DNA of 12,826 nucleotides, from NCBI GenBank assembly GCA_024229275.1, contig JAAESQ010000238.1, positions 1 through 12,826 of the forward strand, in the 5' to 3' direction. The notes under the pieces were generated by a model. The model saw nothing but the letters and a program-made list of their open reading frames with translations, was not told the DNA's origin and searched no databases. Positions 1 through 7,532 of the stretch are shown in pieces. Every line of letters begins with the position of its first letter. Within the stretch, counting starts at the first letter, position 1. This stretch comes from a bacterium. GTDB lineage: Bacteria > Acidobacteriota > Thermoanaerobaculia > Thermoanaerobaculales > Sulfomarinibacteraceae. A program made the position numbers and the translations under genes.

Positions 1-591
1 GTCCATGAAATGCGTTGAGACGAGAATCGTGGTCCCCTCGGCGGTCAGCTCGTACAGCGAATCCCAAAAGTTGCGTCTCGTCTCGGGATCGACAGCGCTG
101 GTCGGTTCATCGAGTAGTAGAAGTTCGGGCTCGTGCAACGTCGCTGCGGCCAATGCGAGTCTCTGTTTCTGGCCACCACTCATGGTGCCGGCACGCTGTT
201 TGCGCAGCGCGTCCAGCTCATGGCGGCCACAGACCTGGTCAATTTTTCGCCGCCGCTCGGTACTCGGGATCGAATAGACGCGCCCCAAGAACTTGAGATT
301 CTCGATCACCGATAGATCCCCGTAGAGCGAGAACTTCTGCGTCATGTAGCCAATCTTGAGCCGCAGGAGTTCGGCATCTTTGGGAACGCTCAGGCCGAGG
401 ACAGTTGCCTCGCCCTCACTCGGCATGAGCAGGCCGCAGAGCATGCGGATCGTAGTTGTCTTGCCCGACCCATTAGGCCCGAGAAAGCCGTAGATCCTGC
501 TTCGAGGCACATCCAGTGCCACTCGATCAACAGCAGTCACAGACCCAAATCGCCGGGTCAGTCCGCGCGTTGAGATCGCGAGATCGCTCAG
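1..591 (-). CDS. ABC transporter ATP-binding protein (ABC-2/DrrA-type), 3' end runs off the window; N-terminal ~197 codons present
   Basis: Minus-strand translation gives ...ISTRGLTRRFGSVTAVDRVALDVPRSRIYGFLGPNGSGKTTTIRML... (Walker A GPNGSGKTT), Q-loop region, ABC signature MSGGQKQRLALAAA and Walker B LLLLDEPTSAVD, then the H-loop STHFMD at the window edge. Frame is open to position 1. No in-frame ATG/GTG/TTG exists upstream of the conserved N-terminus. The only start candidate is a CTG at 591..589 overlapping the TGA stop of the upstream HlyD gene. Confidence 0.85.
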   Translation of the reverse strand, partial: MSDLAISTRGLTRRFGSVTAVDRVALDVPRSRIYGFLGPNGSGKTTTIRMLCGLLMPSEGEATVLGLSVPKDAELLRLKIGYMTQKFSLYGDLSVIENLKFLGRVYSIPSTERRRKIDQVCGRHELDALRKQRAGTMSGGQKQRLALAAATLHEPELLLLDEPTSAVDPETRRNFWDSLYELTAEGTTILVSTHFMD

Positions 592-1535
592 AAGACAACC
601 TCGACGGGAAGTCCTGTCGGAAGATCTTGCGCAGCGTCGCCAACCAGATCGATCTCTGCCAGATAGACAAGGCGGCCTCGATCACGTTCAGTGAGCGCAA
701 AATACGGCGTGAACGCCGCCTCGCTCGACACACAGCGAACGACACCTTCGAAGTTCTCCGCAATGCCCTCAACAGAGATTCTGACGGAGACTCCGGCTTT
801 CACAATGGGTCGCAGCTCTGACGGCACGTAAATCCGCGCAAAGGGTGCTCCTCCCGGCAGGAGCACAACGACCGTCGATCCAACCGGCGGCTCATCGCCT
901 ACCTTGAAGGGCAATGCGTCGATTCGGCCGCCACGCGGGGCACGAACCACCAATCGCTCGAGTTGGATACGCGTTACTTCGAGTTCGGACTCGGCGCGCG
1001 CCACTTCGGCCTCAGCCTGATCCAACTCTTCCACAGTCGCACCGTTCAGCAGCAGTTCAAGTGCGGCTGCGGCGGCGTCCTGGTTCGCGATCGCGCCTGC
1101 ATGCGCAGCCTCAGCAATGTCAAGCGTTTGGAGGGTCTCAACGCCTTCTGCAACCAACGCTCGTGCTCGTTCCAATCCGGGTTTGATTTCGATCAAGCGG
1201 CTCCGTGCCTCTTCGAGCCGAGCCCGCCCTTCGGCCAACTCTTCCGGTCGCGACCATCGGACAAGTTCGGCCAGGCGTGCAACTGCGAGATCCCGTGCCG
1301 CTTGAGAGGATGCAACTCGTGCGGTCGCTCTGCGCTCGTCAAGCCTGACCAACACTTCGCCGGTTTCAACGACATCACCCTCCTGAACGGCGAGTTCCAG
1401 AATTGGCTCGAACTGTTCGGTGCGAAGCTCGATGCGGTCGCGCTCCAGCGTGCCGACCGCCACCGGCTCACCGCTTCCACCACAGCTCGCGAATATCACG
1501 ACTATGAATCCGATAGTAATTCGTGAAAGCTGCAT
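588..1535 (-). CDS. HlyD-family secretion protein / ABC-exporter periplasmic adaptor, probable signal peptide with lipobox-like Cys
   Basis: 322-aa ORF (588..1556) with N-terminal MQLSRITIGFIVVIFASCGG (signal peptide, possible lipoprotein Cys), long coiled-coil (LAELVRWSRPEELAEGRARLEEARSRL...) and C-terminal beta-barrel segments typical of YbhG/YhiI-like adaptors. The second ATG (1535) has an AAGGTAGG RBS 7 nt upstream and is the preferred start; the first ATG at 1556 lacks an RBS. Stop overlaps the downstream ABC ATPase start (operon). Confidence 0.8.
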   Translation of the reverse strand: MQLSRITIGFIVVIFASCGGSGEPVAVGTLERDRIELRTEQFEPILELAVQEGDVVETGEVLVRLDERRATARVASSQAARDLAVARLAELVRWSRPEELAEGRARLEEARSRLIEIKPGLERARALVAEGVETLQTLDIAEAAHAGAIANQDAAAAALELLLNGATVEELDQAEAEVARAESELEVTRIQLERLVVRAPRGGRIDALPFKVGDEPPVGSTVVVLLPGGAPFARIYVPSELRPIVKAGVSVRISVEGIAENFEGVVRCVSSEAAFTPYFALTERDRGRLVYLAEIDLVGDAAQDLPTGLPVEVVF

Positions 1536-1556
1536 GGTTCTACCTACCTTGAGCAT

Positions 1557-1846
1557 CGAGTCTAACCTGAACTGCCCATTGCTTTTCGTCAGTGGAGACG
1601 CGAAGTATCGGGGGAGGTAAGAATTCTCGCACTATTGATGAGAGACGTCGCAGCGGTTTGATGTGTGAGTGAAAACAAGAACCCTCAAAAATATGGGTAA
1701 TCCGCCCTCAGTATTGCCGCCAAGTGGTCTGTGTGTCGCCTGTGGTTGACGCGTGGGTCTATCTTCTCTACTCCCTCGCTCGAACGTAACAACTCGAAAA
1801 GACTGATAGGATAGTTGTGAGCTGTGGGGGCTCGTGAGGGGGAACA
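1557..1846. promoter_or_regulatory. Divergent intergenic/promoter region between the HlyD-ABC operon (minus) and the hypothetical-protein/acyltransferase genes (plus)
   Basis: 290-bp non-coding, lower-GC stretch between two divergently oriented start codons. Contains a TTGACG -35-like hexamer (1746-1751, plus strand) but no convincing -10, so exact promoter elements are not assigned. Confidence 0.3.
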
Positions 1847-2239
1847 ATGACAGGACTACCGCTATCGCTGGCGGAAATCGACAGGGAACTCGAGAAACTT
1901 CACGTCACAAAGACTCAGAAACAGCTTATTGCCGACATGGGCGAAGCGGTCGGCGTGGCACTTGACATGTCGGTGGCGACCACGCGTGGCTTCTACGCCA
2001 TGGCAGTGATTACCTGGCAGCAGCAGATCAGTATGACCGCCGCCGAAACGGAAACCAGGATGAGTACGGCACAGAGTGCGAGGATCCGAACAGCGGAAGA
2101 GATCCTCGCAATCATGCGCGAGAAAATCCTTGCGGTGGTGAGGCTTCAGGGCAAGGAGCACCTACTCGACGCGGCGATAGCCTCTGCTCTCAAGCTCTAC
2201 ACAGAGAAGTACTCGAATCGCCCACAGGATACTGAATAA
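1847..2239 (+). CDS. Hypothetical protein, 130 aa, no transmembrane segment, predicted helical, no recognisable motif
   Basis: ATG at 1847 preceded by GAGGGGGA RBS (~5 nt spacing); ORF ends TAA at 2237-2239. A 99-aa antisense ORF overlaps it but lacks a start context. No family assignment possible from sequence alone. Confidence 0.55.
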   Translation: MTGLPLSLAEIDRELEKLHVTKTQKQLIADMGEAVGVALDMSVATTRGFYAMAVITWQQQISMTAAETETRMSTAQSARIRTAEEILAIMREKILAVVRLQGKEHLLDAAIASALKLYTEKYSNRPQDTE

Positions 2240-2294
2240 CCCAACGGTTTCCTTTACATGAAGCCGCGCTACGCGGTGCTACCCTAGGGCCACC

Positions 2295-2906
2295 ATGGGT
2301 TGGATTCTCGATGTACCGCCACTTGGGCCTTCGACACCGAGTCGAGGCAACTGGTTTTCGCGGACTGCGGGTCGATTCGCTTTGCGCCTGATTCGCTGGC
2401 GATTCGACGGTAGAATCCCCGATGTCCGCAAAGCCATCATCATCGTTGTGCCACACACAACGAATTGGGACTTTTACATCGGTGTCTCCGTCATGTTCGC
2501 GCTTGGCCTCAGGGTGGCCTTTCTCGGCAAGCACACCATTTTTCGGCAGCCGCTCAGCTGGGTGATGCGTTGGATGGGAGGTATCCCGGTTAACCGCCGC
2601 CTGCCGAGGGGCGTTGTCGAGCAGACAGTTGAAGCCTTTGAACGCGCCGAGGGGATGATCCTTGCCCTCTCGCCGGAAGGAACGCGCAGCAAGGTTCCGA
2701 GTTGGCGGACCGGTTTCTATCGCATTGCTCGCGAAGCAAAGGTGCCGATCATTCCGGTGGCCTTCGACTTTGGAACGCGCAGCGTGCGAATCGGCACGCT
2801 CGTCGAGTTGTCGGGTGACATGGAAACCGACCTCAGGCGGCTCGGGGAGTTCTTCGTCGGCGTGCGCGGCCACCGGCACGAACTTGCCACCCTCAACGCA
2901 CTCTAG
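2295..2906 (+). CDS. Lysophospholipid (1-acyl-sn-glycerol-3-phosphate-type) acyltransferase family protein, PlsC-like
   Basis: Contains the acyltransferase HX4D motif (VVPHTTNWDF) ~45 aa from the N-terminus, the FLGKHTIF / GGIPVNRR block and the motif III block ALSPEGTRS, followed by VPIIPVAFDF. This layout is characteristic of the ~200-aa YihG/PlsC-like acyltransferases. ATG at 2295 has no clear SD, so the true start may be an internal alternative. The antisense 229-aa ORF (2190..2879) has no motifs. Confidence 0.8.
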   Translation: MGWILDVPPLGPSTPSRGNWFSRTAGRFALRLIRWRFDGRIPDVRKAIIIVVPHTTNWDFYIGVSVMFALGLRVAFLGKHTIFRQPLSWVMRWMGGIPVNRRLPRGVVEQTVEAFERAEGMILALSPEGTRSKVPSWRTGFYRIAREAKVPIIPVAFDFGTRSVRIGTLVELSGDMETDLRRLGEFFVGVRGHRHELATLNAL

Positions 2907-2989
2907 AAGAGTGTGTCCTCAAGCTTCCTAGGCCTTTCTCAGTATCGAGGACATGGGCTTCGCGCGAAGGTATCCAACACACTCTTCTA
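2904..2989. repeat. 86-bp nested inverted-repeat element: 13-bp perfect arms TAGAAGAGTGTGT / ACACACTCTTCTA (2904-2916, 2977-2989) enclosing a 12-bp palindrome CTTCGCGCGAAG (2958-2969) and a CCTC/GAGG inner stem
   Basis: Direct reading of the sequence: the left arm begins exactly at the TAG stop of the acyltransferase gene. The interior also carries AAGCTT and CCTAGG palindromes. No U-tract follows, so it is not a canonical intrinsic terminator. Confidence 0.6.
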
Positions 2990-2993
2990 AAAT

Positions 2994-3012
2994 GGATGCG
3001 CCGGGCGCATCC
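2994..3012 (-). terminator. Candidate intrinsic terminator for the minus-strand efflux operon (GGATGCG-CCGGG-CGCATCC hairpin followed on the minus strand by AUUUUA)
   Basis: 7-9 bp GC-rich perfect inverted repeat 34 nt downstream of the permease stop (3046), followed on the minus strand by ATTTTAGAAG. The U-tract is short, hence moderate confidence. Confidence 0.4.
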
Positions 3013-3045
3013 AGGAACGTAGTTTCCGATCTCATTGTCGGATCG

Positions 3046-4239
3046 CTACTCCGCGCGAAGGGCCTCGACAGGATCGAGTTCGGCGGCACGTCTTGCCGGC
3101 AGGTAGCCGCTGAGCATACCCACGGTGAGACTCATCCCGACAGCCGCGAATACCGCGAAGGGTGACAGGCTCAGCGGCAATGCCGGAACCATGAGGCGCA
3201 TGGCAACTCCGGTCGCTATCCCAACCGTGACACCGGCGACGCCCCCCAGCAACGCGATAATCATTGCCTCGTAGAGGAAAAGGCGGGAAACCCCTGCGGG
3301 GGTTACCCCGAGCGCTCGCAGCAGACCGATCTCGCCGATGCGTTCGTGGACCGAGATCCACATGATCGTCAGAATGCCGATCGCGCCGACAAAGAGCGAG
3401 ATCCCGGCGATTGCGCTGACCGCCATGGTGACGATGGAGATGATTCGTCCGAAGCTCTCGAGCATCTCCTGTTGCGTGACTACGGTAAAGTCCTCCTCGC
3501 CACGATGGCGCTCAGTGAGAATCCTGCGAATGCCTTCGACCACTCCCGGTATCGCCGCTGTTGACTCGCCAATGACGTCGATCTCTGTCAGCTCGTCTAC
3601 GTTGAAGATGTCCATCGCAGTCGCAACCTGCAAATAGGCGCAATCGTCGAGATCGAAACCAAGCATTTGACCTTTGGGTTCCATGACCCCGACAACAAGG
3701 AGGCCGCGTCCGCCGACGCGCACGCGCTGACCAAGCGGGGAGGTATCGGGAAAGAGCTCGCTCGCCAACTTTGGCCCAAGTACAACCTGCGAACCTTGCC
3801 GCCGAGGATCGATCTCTGGGAGGAAGCTGCCCTTGCCTATGTTAAAGCTCCACGCCTCAGGCGCCTCGTGAGTGACACCGTATACGTACACTGCTCGGCC
3901 GGCGTTTCCTCGCTCGACGCGCGCTTGACCCATCGCGATTGGCACGAGCGTCTTGACACCCGGGATCATGCGGAGGGCCTCGGCATCGTCGATGTCCAAC
4001 TTGTGAGTCGTACCACCGAGAACACCCGGCATCCCCATCGTTTCCACTTTGCCGGGGTTAATCGCTACGATGGTGGTCCCGAACTGGTTGAATTGAGCGA
4101 TGATGTAATCTCGCGTTCCTTCTCCGAGGGAGGTCAGGAGAATCACAGCAGCTACGCCAATCGCGACCCCGAGGGCCGACAGGCCGGCGCGCAGGCGATG
4201 GCCGATAACTGATCCAAGCACGAAGCCGAGTACCCGCAT
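3046..4239 (-). CDS. ABC transporter permease, MacB/FtsX family (second of two paralogous permeases; LolE/YknZ-like)
   Basis: Start ATG at 4239 (MRVLGFVLGSVIGHRLRAGLSALGVAIGVAAVILL = TM1) preceded by GAGGAGG RBS that lies inside the last codons of the upstream permease (stop TAG 4243..4241). ~220-aa extracytoplasmic MacB-type domain, then three C-terminal TMs with the FtsX-type ERIGEIGLLRALGVT motif. The longer ORF-track version (from 4395) is an N-terminal over-extension. Confidence 0.85.
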   Translation of the reverse strand: MRVLGFVLGSVIGHRLRAGLSALGVAIGVAAVILLTSLGEGTRDYIIAQFNQFGTTIVAINPGKVETMGMPGVLGGTTHKLDIDDAEALRMIPGVKTLVPIAMGQARVERGNAGRAVYVYGVTHEAPEAWSFNIGKGSFLPEIDPRRQGSQVVLGPKLASELFPDTSPLGQRVRVGGRGLLVVGVMEPKGQMLGFDLDDCAYLQVATAMDIFNVDELTEIDVIGESTAAIPGVVEGIRRILTERHRGEEDFTVVTQQEMLESFGRIISIVTMAVSAIAGISLFVGAIGILTIMWISVHERIGEIGLLRALGVTPAGVSRLFLYEAMIIALLGGVAGVTVGIATGVAMRLMVPALPLSLSPFAVFAAVGMSLTVGMLSGYLPARRAAELDPVEALRAE

Positions 4240-4240
4240 A

Positions 4241-5455
4241 CTACCTCCTCGCCAGAGCTGAAACCGGATCGAGTTGGGTTGCGCGCCGCGCCGGCCATAT
4301 ACCGAATCCGACTCCGACTCCGAGAGACAGAACGAGCGCCGCGATGACCGCCCACAGCGGAGGGGTTGCAGGAAAGGCGGGGTAGGCGCTGACAATCAGC
4401 CATACTGCGCCGTAGCCGACGCAGAGTCCGACAAACCCACCGAATGACGACAGCAGAACCGCCTCCGCGAGAAAGGTCCACAGGATCTCCCTCGAGGTCG
4501 CACCAAGCGCCTTGAGAAGCCCGATCTCTGCGCGACGTTCAGTAACAGAAACCAGCATTACGTTCATGATTCCGACACCGGCGACGGCCAGCGACACGGA
4601 TGCGATGCCGCCGAGAGCAAGAGTCATCGCCTGCAAGATGGCCGAGAACGAGGACGCGAGGGCATCCTGCGAAATGACGGTCACATCCTCGGCACGATGG
4701 CGCTCCGCTAGCAGATCAGTGACCCGTTTCTTCGTCATGTCCATCTCGCCAGGCGTCCGCACTTCGACAAAGATACGAAACAACGAACTCCGGTTGAACA
4801 TCGACATTCCGGTGCGTACCGGCACCATCACAAGGTCGTCAAGGTCGAACATGCCGAGCGCACGACCACGCGGCGTCAGAATCCCGACCACACGAAATCG
4901 CCACTCACCGATGCGCACGATCTCACCCAGTGCATTGGTGGTTCCAAAGAGTTCTGCCGCAATCTTCGAACCGAGTACGACCTCCGAGCCGCCGGCATCG
5001 ACGTCTCTCTGTGAGAGGAAACGACCGGCAGCCAACTCGAGACGCTGCACCTGCTGGAGATCGGCCGAGGTGCCCAGTATCGCCGCCGAACGCCCGAGGC
5101 CTTCGTACCTGACGGTCTCAGTACCCATGCTAACTGGCGCGGCGCGCAGGACTCCAGTGAGGCGATTTTGGATCGCCCGCACATCGTCCACCGTCAGATC
5201 GTGCGTAACACCGCCAAACGGCATCGCACCTGTCGTTTCGACCTTTCCAGGCAGCACAATCAACAGATTCGAGCCGAGCGAGGCGAACTCATCCATGACG
5301 TAGAGCCGCGCACCCTCACCAAGGGCCGTCAGTACGATCACCGCAGCGATGCCAACCGTCAGCCCGGCAACCGTCAAACTGGTTCGCAGCCGATGACCGA
5401 CAAGAGCCTCGCGGGCATAGAGGAGAATGTCGCCCACTCTCACCTTACGCTCCAT
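4241..5455 (-). CDS. ABC transporter permease, MacB/FtsX family (first of two paralogous permeases; LolC/YknZ-like)
   Basis: Same 4-TM + large periplasmic-domain architecture (HRLRTSLTVAGLTVGIAAVIVL TM1; ERRAEIGLLKALGATS FtsX motif; C-terminal PARRATQLDPVSAL). Clearly paralogous to the downstream permease. Preferred start ATG 5455 (overlaps ATPase stop by 11 nt); alternative GTG at 5476. Confidence 0.85.
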   Translation of the reverse strand: MERKVRVGDILLYAREALVGHRLRTSLTVAGLTVGIAAVIVLTALGEGARLYVMDEFASLGSNLLIVLPGKVETTGAMPFGGVTHDLTVDDVRAIQNRLTGVLRAAPVSMGTETVRYEGLGRSAAILGTSADLQQVQRLELAAGRFLSQRDVDAGGSEVVLGSKIAAELFGTTNALGEIVRIGEWRFRVVGILTPRGRALGMFDLDDLVMVPVRTGMSMFNRSSLFRIFVEVRTPGEMDMTKKRVTDLLAERHRAEDVTVISQDALASSFSAILQAMTLALGGIASVSLAVAGVGIMNVMLVSVTERRAEIGLLKALGATSREILWTFLAEAVLLSSFGGFVGLCVGYGAVWLIVSAYPAFPATPPLWAVIAALVLSLGVGVGFGIWPARRATQLDPVSALARR

Positions 5456-6188
5456 CTGAGAGCGAAGTTGGATCACCCGCTGTGGATACGATGGGTTCGA
5501 CCGCCACTGGCCCGCCGCCGGCGAACTCCTCGACGACAGCGCCGTCCTCCATCCGGATCATACGGTCTGCACGCCGCGCGACTTCCATGTCATGAGTGAC
5601 AACGATCAAGGTCAAACCCTCGGCGTTCATTCGCTCGAGCAGATCCATCACGTCACGCGCCGAAGCACGATCGAGGTTGCCGGTCGGCTCGTCCGCCAAT
5701 AACACTCGTGGACCCATCACTACAGCGCGCGCGATCGCCACCCGTTGGCGTTCACCGCCCGAAAGCTGATCCGGCCGATGGTCGAGACGTTGCCCGAGGC
5801 CGACGACCTCAAGAGCACGCTTCGCCCGGCTCCTGCGTTCGGCGACATCAACACCAGCAAAGAGCATTGGCACTTCGACGTTGCGCAGAGCAGTCAGTCG
5901 AGCGAGAAGATGGAAGAACTGGAAGATGAACCCGATGTGAAAGCGGCGCAGCGTCGACAGTTCATCTTCGGACAACGAGCTGGCATCGACACCACCAAAA
6001 CGATAGGTGCCGGCAGTCGGCCGATCAAGACAACCGAGGATATTGAGTAGCGTTGACTTGCCCGAGCCCGAGGGACCAACGACAGCGATGTGCTCCCCCT
6101 CGGCGATGTCGAGGCTCACACCTTTGAGGGCATGCAGCTCTGACCCGCCCATCTTGTAGGTGCGCCATAGGTCGCGAATCTCGATCAT
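5445..6188 (-). CDS. ABC transporter ATP-binding protein, MacB/LolD-type (stand-alone ATPase)
   Basis: MIEIRDLWRTYKMGGSELHALKGVSLDIAEGEHIAVVGPSGSGKSTLLNILG (Walker A), FIFQFFHLL (Q-loop), LSGGERQRVAIARAV (signature), LLADEPTGNLD (Walker B), VVTHD (H-loop). ATG at 6188 overlaps the adaptor TGA (TGATG) with GGAGG 7 nt upstream. A GTG one codon further upstream is less likely. Confidence 0.9.
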   Translation of the reverse strand: MIEIRDLWRTYKMGGSELHALKGVSLDIAEGEHIAVVGPSGSGKSTLLNILGCLDRPTAGTYRFGGVDASSLSEDELSTLRRFHIGFIFQFFHLLARLTALRNVEVPMLFAGVDVAERRSRAKRALEVVGLGQRLDHRPDQLSGGERQRVAIARAVVMGPRVLLADEPTGNLDRASARDVMDLLERMNAEGLTLIVVTHDMEVARRADRMIRMEDGAVVEEFAGGGPVAVEPIVSTAGDPTSLSDGA

Positions 6189-7426
6189 CACTCGCCTCCG
6201 ATCTCGACCTTCGCTCCCGGCTTGACCGCGGTGGTGTCGCGCGAGGTCACGACCAACTCACCCTCGCTCAGCCCGCTAACGATCTCGGTCGATCGCCAGT
6301 TGCGGACTCCCAGCTCTACTGACCTTTCCTCGAGCTGGCCATCGACGACGACCAAGACATTGTCGTTGTCCGAAATCGCGCCGGTTGGAATTTGGAGAAC
6401 ATTGTCATGGCGATCCAGGATCACCTCGACGTCCGCCGAGGTGCCCGGAAGCAGCCGTCCGGCGATCTCCGAGTCAGAGAAGTCAACTTCAATCCCGACC
6501 GTTCGGTTCTGCTCAACCAAGTCCTCAACGAAAGGTGCGACCCGCACCAGCATTCCTGCAAACTGTTCACCACGGTGGGAGTCGACCGTAACACGGACCT
6601 CTTGGCCGACTTTCACCCGTGCCGCGTCCATCTCGTCAATTGGTGCGGAGATGTATAGCGAGGTGGGATCGAGCACGTCGAGCAGCGTCGGCAATGCCAA
6701 TCCTGGTGGTCCTGGCGTGATCCACTCGCCGAGCTCAATGCGACGGTCTGCGAGTACCCCGGCGAAGGGAGCACGCAACTCGGTAAGCTGGAGTTCGGCA
6801 CGAGAGTAGCGCTCCTGTGCTCGAGCCTGATCTACAGTTGCCCGTGCAGCGCGGCACCCTGCCTGCGATCGGTCGCGCTCGCTTGTGGCGCTGTCCATTT
6901 GCTGGTCGGTAGCGATGCCCGATGTACTCAGTTCGACGGCGCGCGCCAGTTCTTTTACAGCCAGATCGGCAGCGAGGCAAGCCTCTTCCGAACGCGCAAC
7001 CGCTGCGCGCACGTCTTCGATTGTGAGCTGGAGGCGCGCTCGCTGCAACGAGTCATCGAGGCGCAACAAGAGCTGCCCCTGCTCGACGTGATCACCCTCG
7101 CGAACCGGAAGCTCGACCACCCGCCCTGAGGTTTCTGCTGAGAGCTGCGCACGAACCCGTGCTTCAACGGTCCCGGCCCTGGTATTCGACACCGTGAGTT
7201 CCACTGAGCCACGCTCGACACGGGCGACATCCACCGCAATTGGCTTCGGGGCCAGAACAGTCAGGCGAAGCGTGACGAAGATCGCAGCAAGGATCACTAC
7301 CGCGATAAGGAGCTTCACCCAACTACGGATCTTCGATCCCGCTGGACGAACGGCATCCATATCGAGGCTTGGCATCGTCACCGGCGCATCATCTCGCGGT
7401 GTGTCCACTTGGTCGGCGATAGTCAT
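6188..7426 (-). CDS. Efflux periplasmic adaptor subunit (HlyD/MacA-like membrane fusion protein) with N-terminal membrane anchor
   Basis: Start ATG 7426 (MTIADQ...) with AAGGAG RBS 7 nt upstream; the ORF-track N-terminal extension to 7642 lacks support. One N-terminal TM (WVKLLIAVVILAAIFVTLRLTVL), a coiled-coil hairpin region (RARLQLTIEDVRAAVARSEEA... / ...RAQERYSRAELQLTELRAPFAG) and C-terminal beta-barrel/MP domains typical of MacA/YknX adaptors. Confidence 0.85.
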   Translation of the reverse strand: MTIADQVDTPRDDAPVTMPSLDMDAVRPAGSKIRSWVKLLIAVVILAAIFVTLRLTVLAPKPIAVDVARVERGSVELTVSNTRAGTVEARVRAQLSAETSGRVVELPVREGDHVEQGQLLLRLDDSLQRARLQLTIEDVRAAVARSEEACLAADLAVKELARAVELSTSGIATDQQMDSATSERDRSQAGCRAARATVDQARAQERYSRAELQLTELRAPFAGVLADRRIELGEWITPGPPGLALPTLLDVLDPTSLYISAPIDEMDAARVKVGQEVRVTVDSHRGEQFAGMLVRVAPFVEDLVEQNRTVGIEVDFSDSEIAGRLLPGTSADVEVILDRHDNVLQIPTGAISDNDNVLVVVDGQLEERSVELGVRNWRSTEIVSGLSEGELVVTSRDTTAVKPGAKVEIGGE

Positions 7427-7532
7427 TTCTGTCTCCTTGGCAAGCATCCCGGCTGAAGGTCGTCCGCGTTTCCCCGAACCGATCCTGTGGCATCGGCCTG
7501 TCCGTGCTGGTGGATAGTGATCTCGCTCTGCG

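Noticed and set aside
5-315. Three overlapping plus-strand ORFs (90, 93, 60 aa) at the left edge
   Set aside because: They lie antisense to, or out of frame with, the clearly conserved ABC ATPase reading frame on the minus strand. They are Arg/Ser/Ala-rich translations typical of high-GC antisense frames, with no RBS.
963-1526. 187-aa plus-strand ORF inside the HlyD gene
   Set aside because: Antisense to a protein with clear HlyD-family features; Cys/Arg-rich low-complexity translation; no independent support.
2240-2294. CCGCG-CTA-CGCGG hairpin after the 130-aa gene as a terminator
   Set aside because: Short stem, 3-nt loop and no downstream U-tract; more likely read-through into the acyltransferase gene.
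2190-2879. 229-aa minus-strand ORF covering the acyltransferase locus
   Set aside because: The plus-strand frame carries the HX4D and PEGTRS acyltransferase motifs; the minus-strand product has no motifs and an Arg/Pro/His-rich composition.
3046-4395. Long 449-aa version of the second permease starting at 4395
   Set aside because: The first 52 residues overlap the upstream permease's C-terminus in another frame and are Arg/Ser-rich. A GAGGAGG RBS precedes the internal ATG at 4239, which aligns with the start of TM1.
4512-5303. 263-aa plus-strand ORF antisense to the first permease
   Set aside because: Ser/Thr/Arg/Pro-rich, no TM or domain signal; the opposite strand encodes a well-structured MacB/FtsX permease.
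3046-5455. Interpreting the two permeases as a recent tandem duplication / assembly artefact
   Set aside because: They share architecture and motifs but differ extensively in sequence and length, consistent with an ancient paralogous pair (heterodimer) rather than a recent duplicate.
6222-6809. 195-aa plus-strand ORF antisense to the adaptor gene
   Set aside because: Ser/Thr-rich low-complexity translation; the minus strand encodes the adaptor with proper coupling to the ATPase start.
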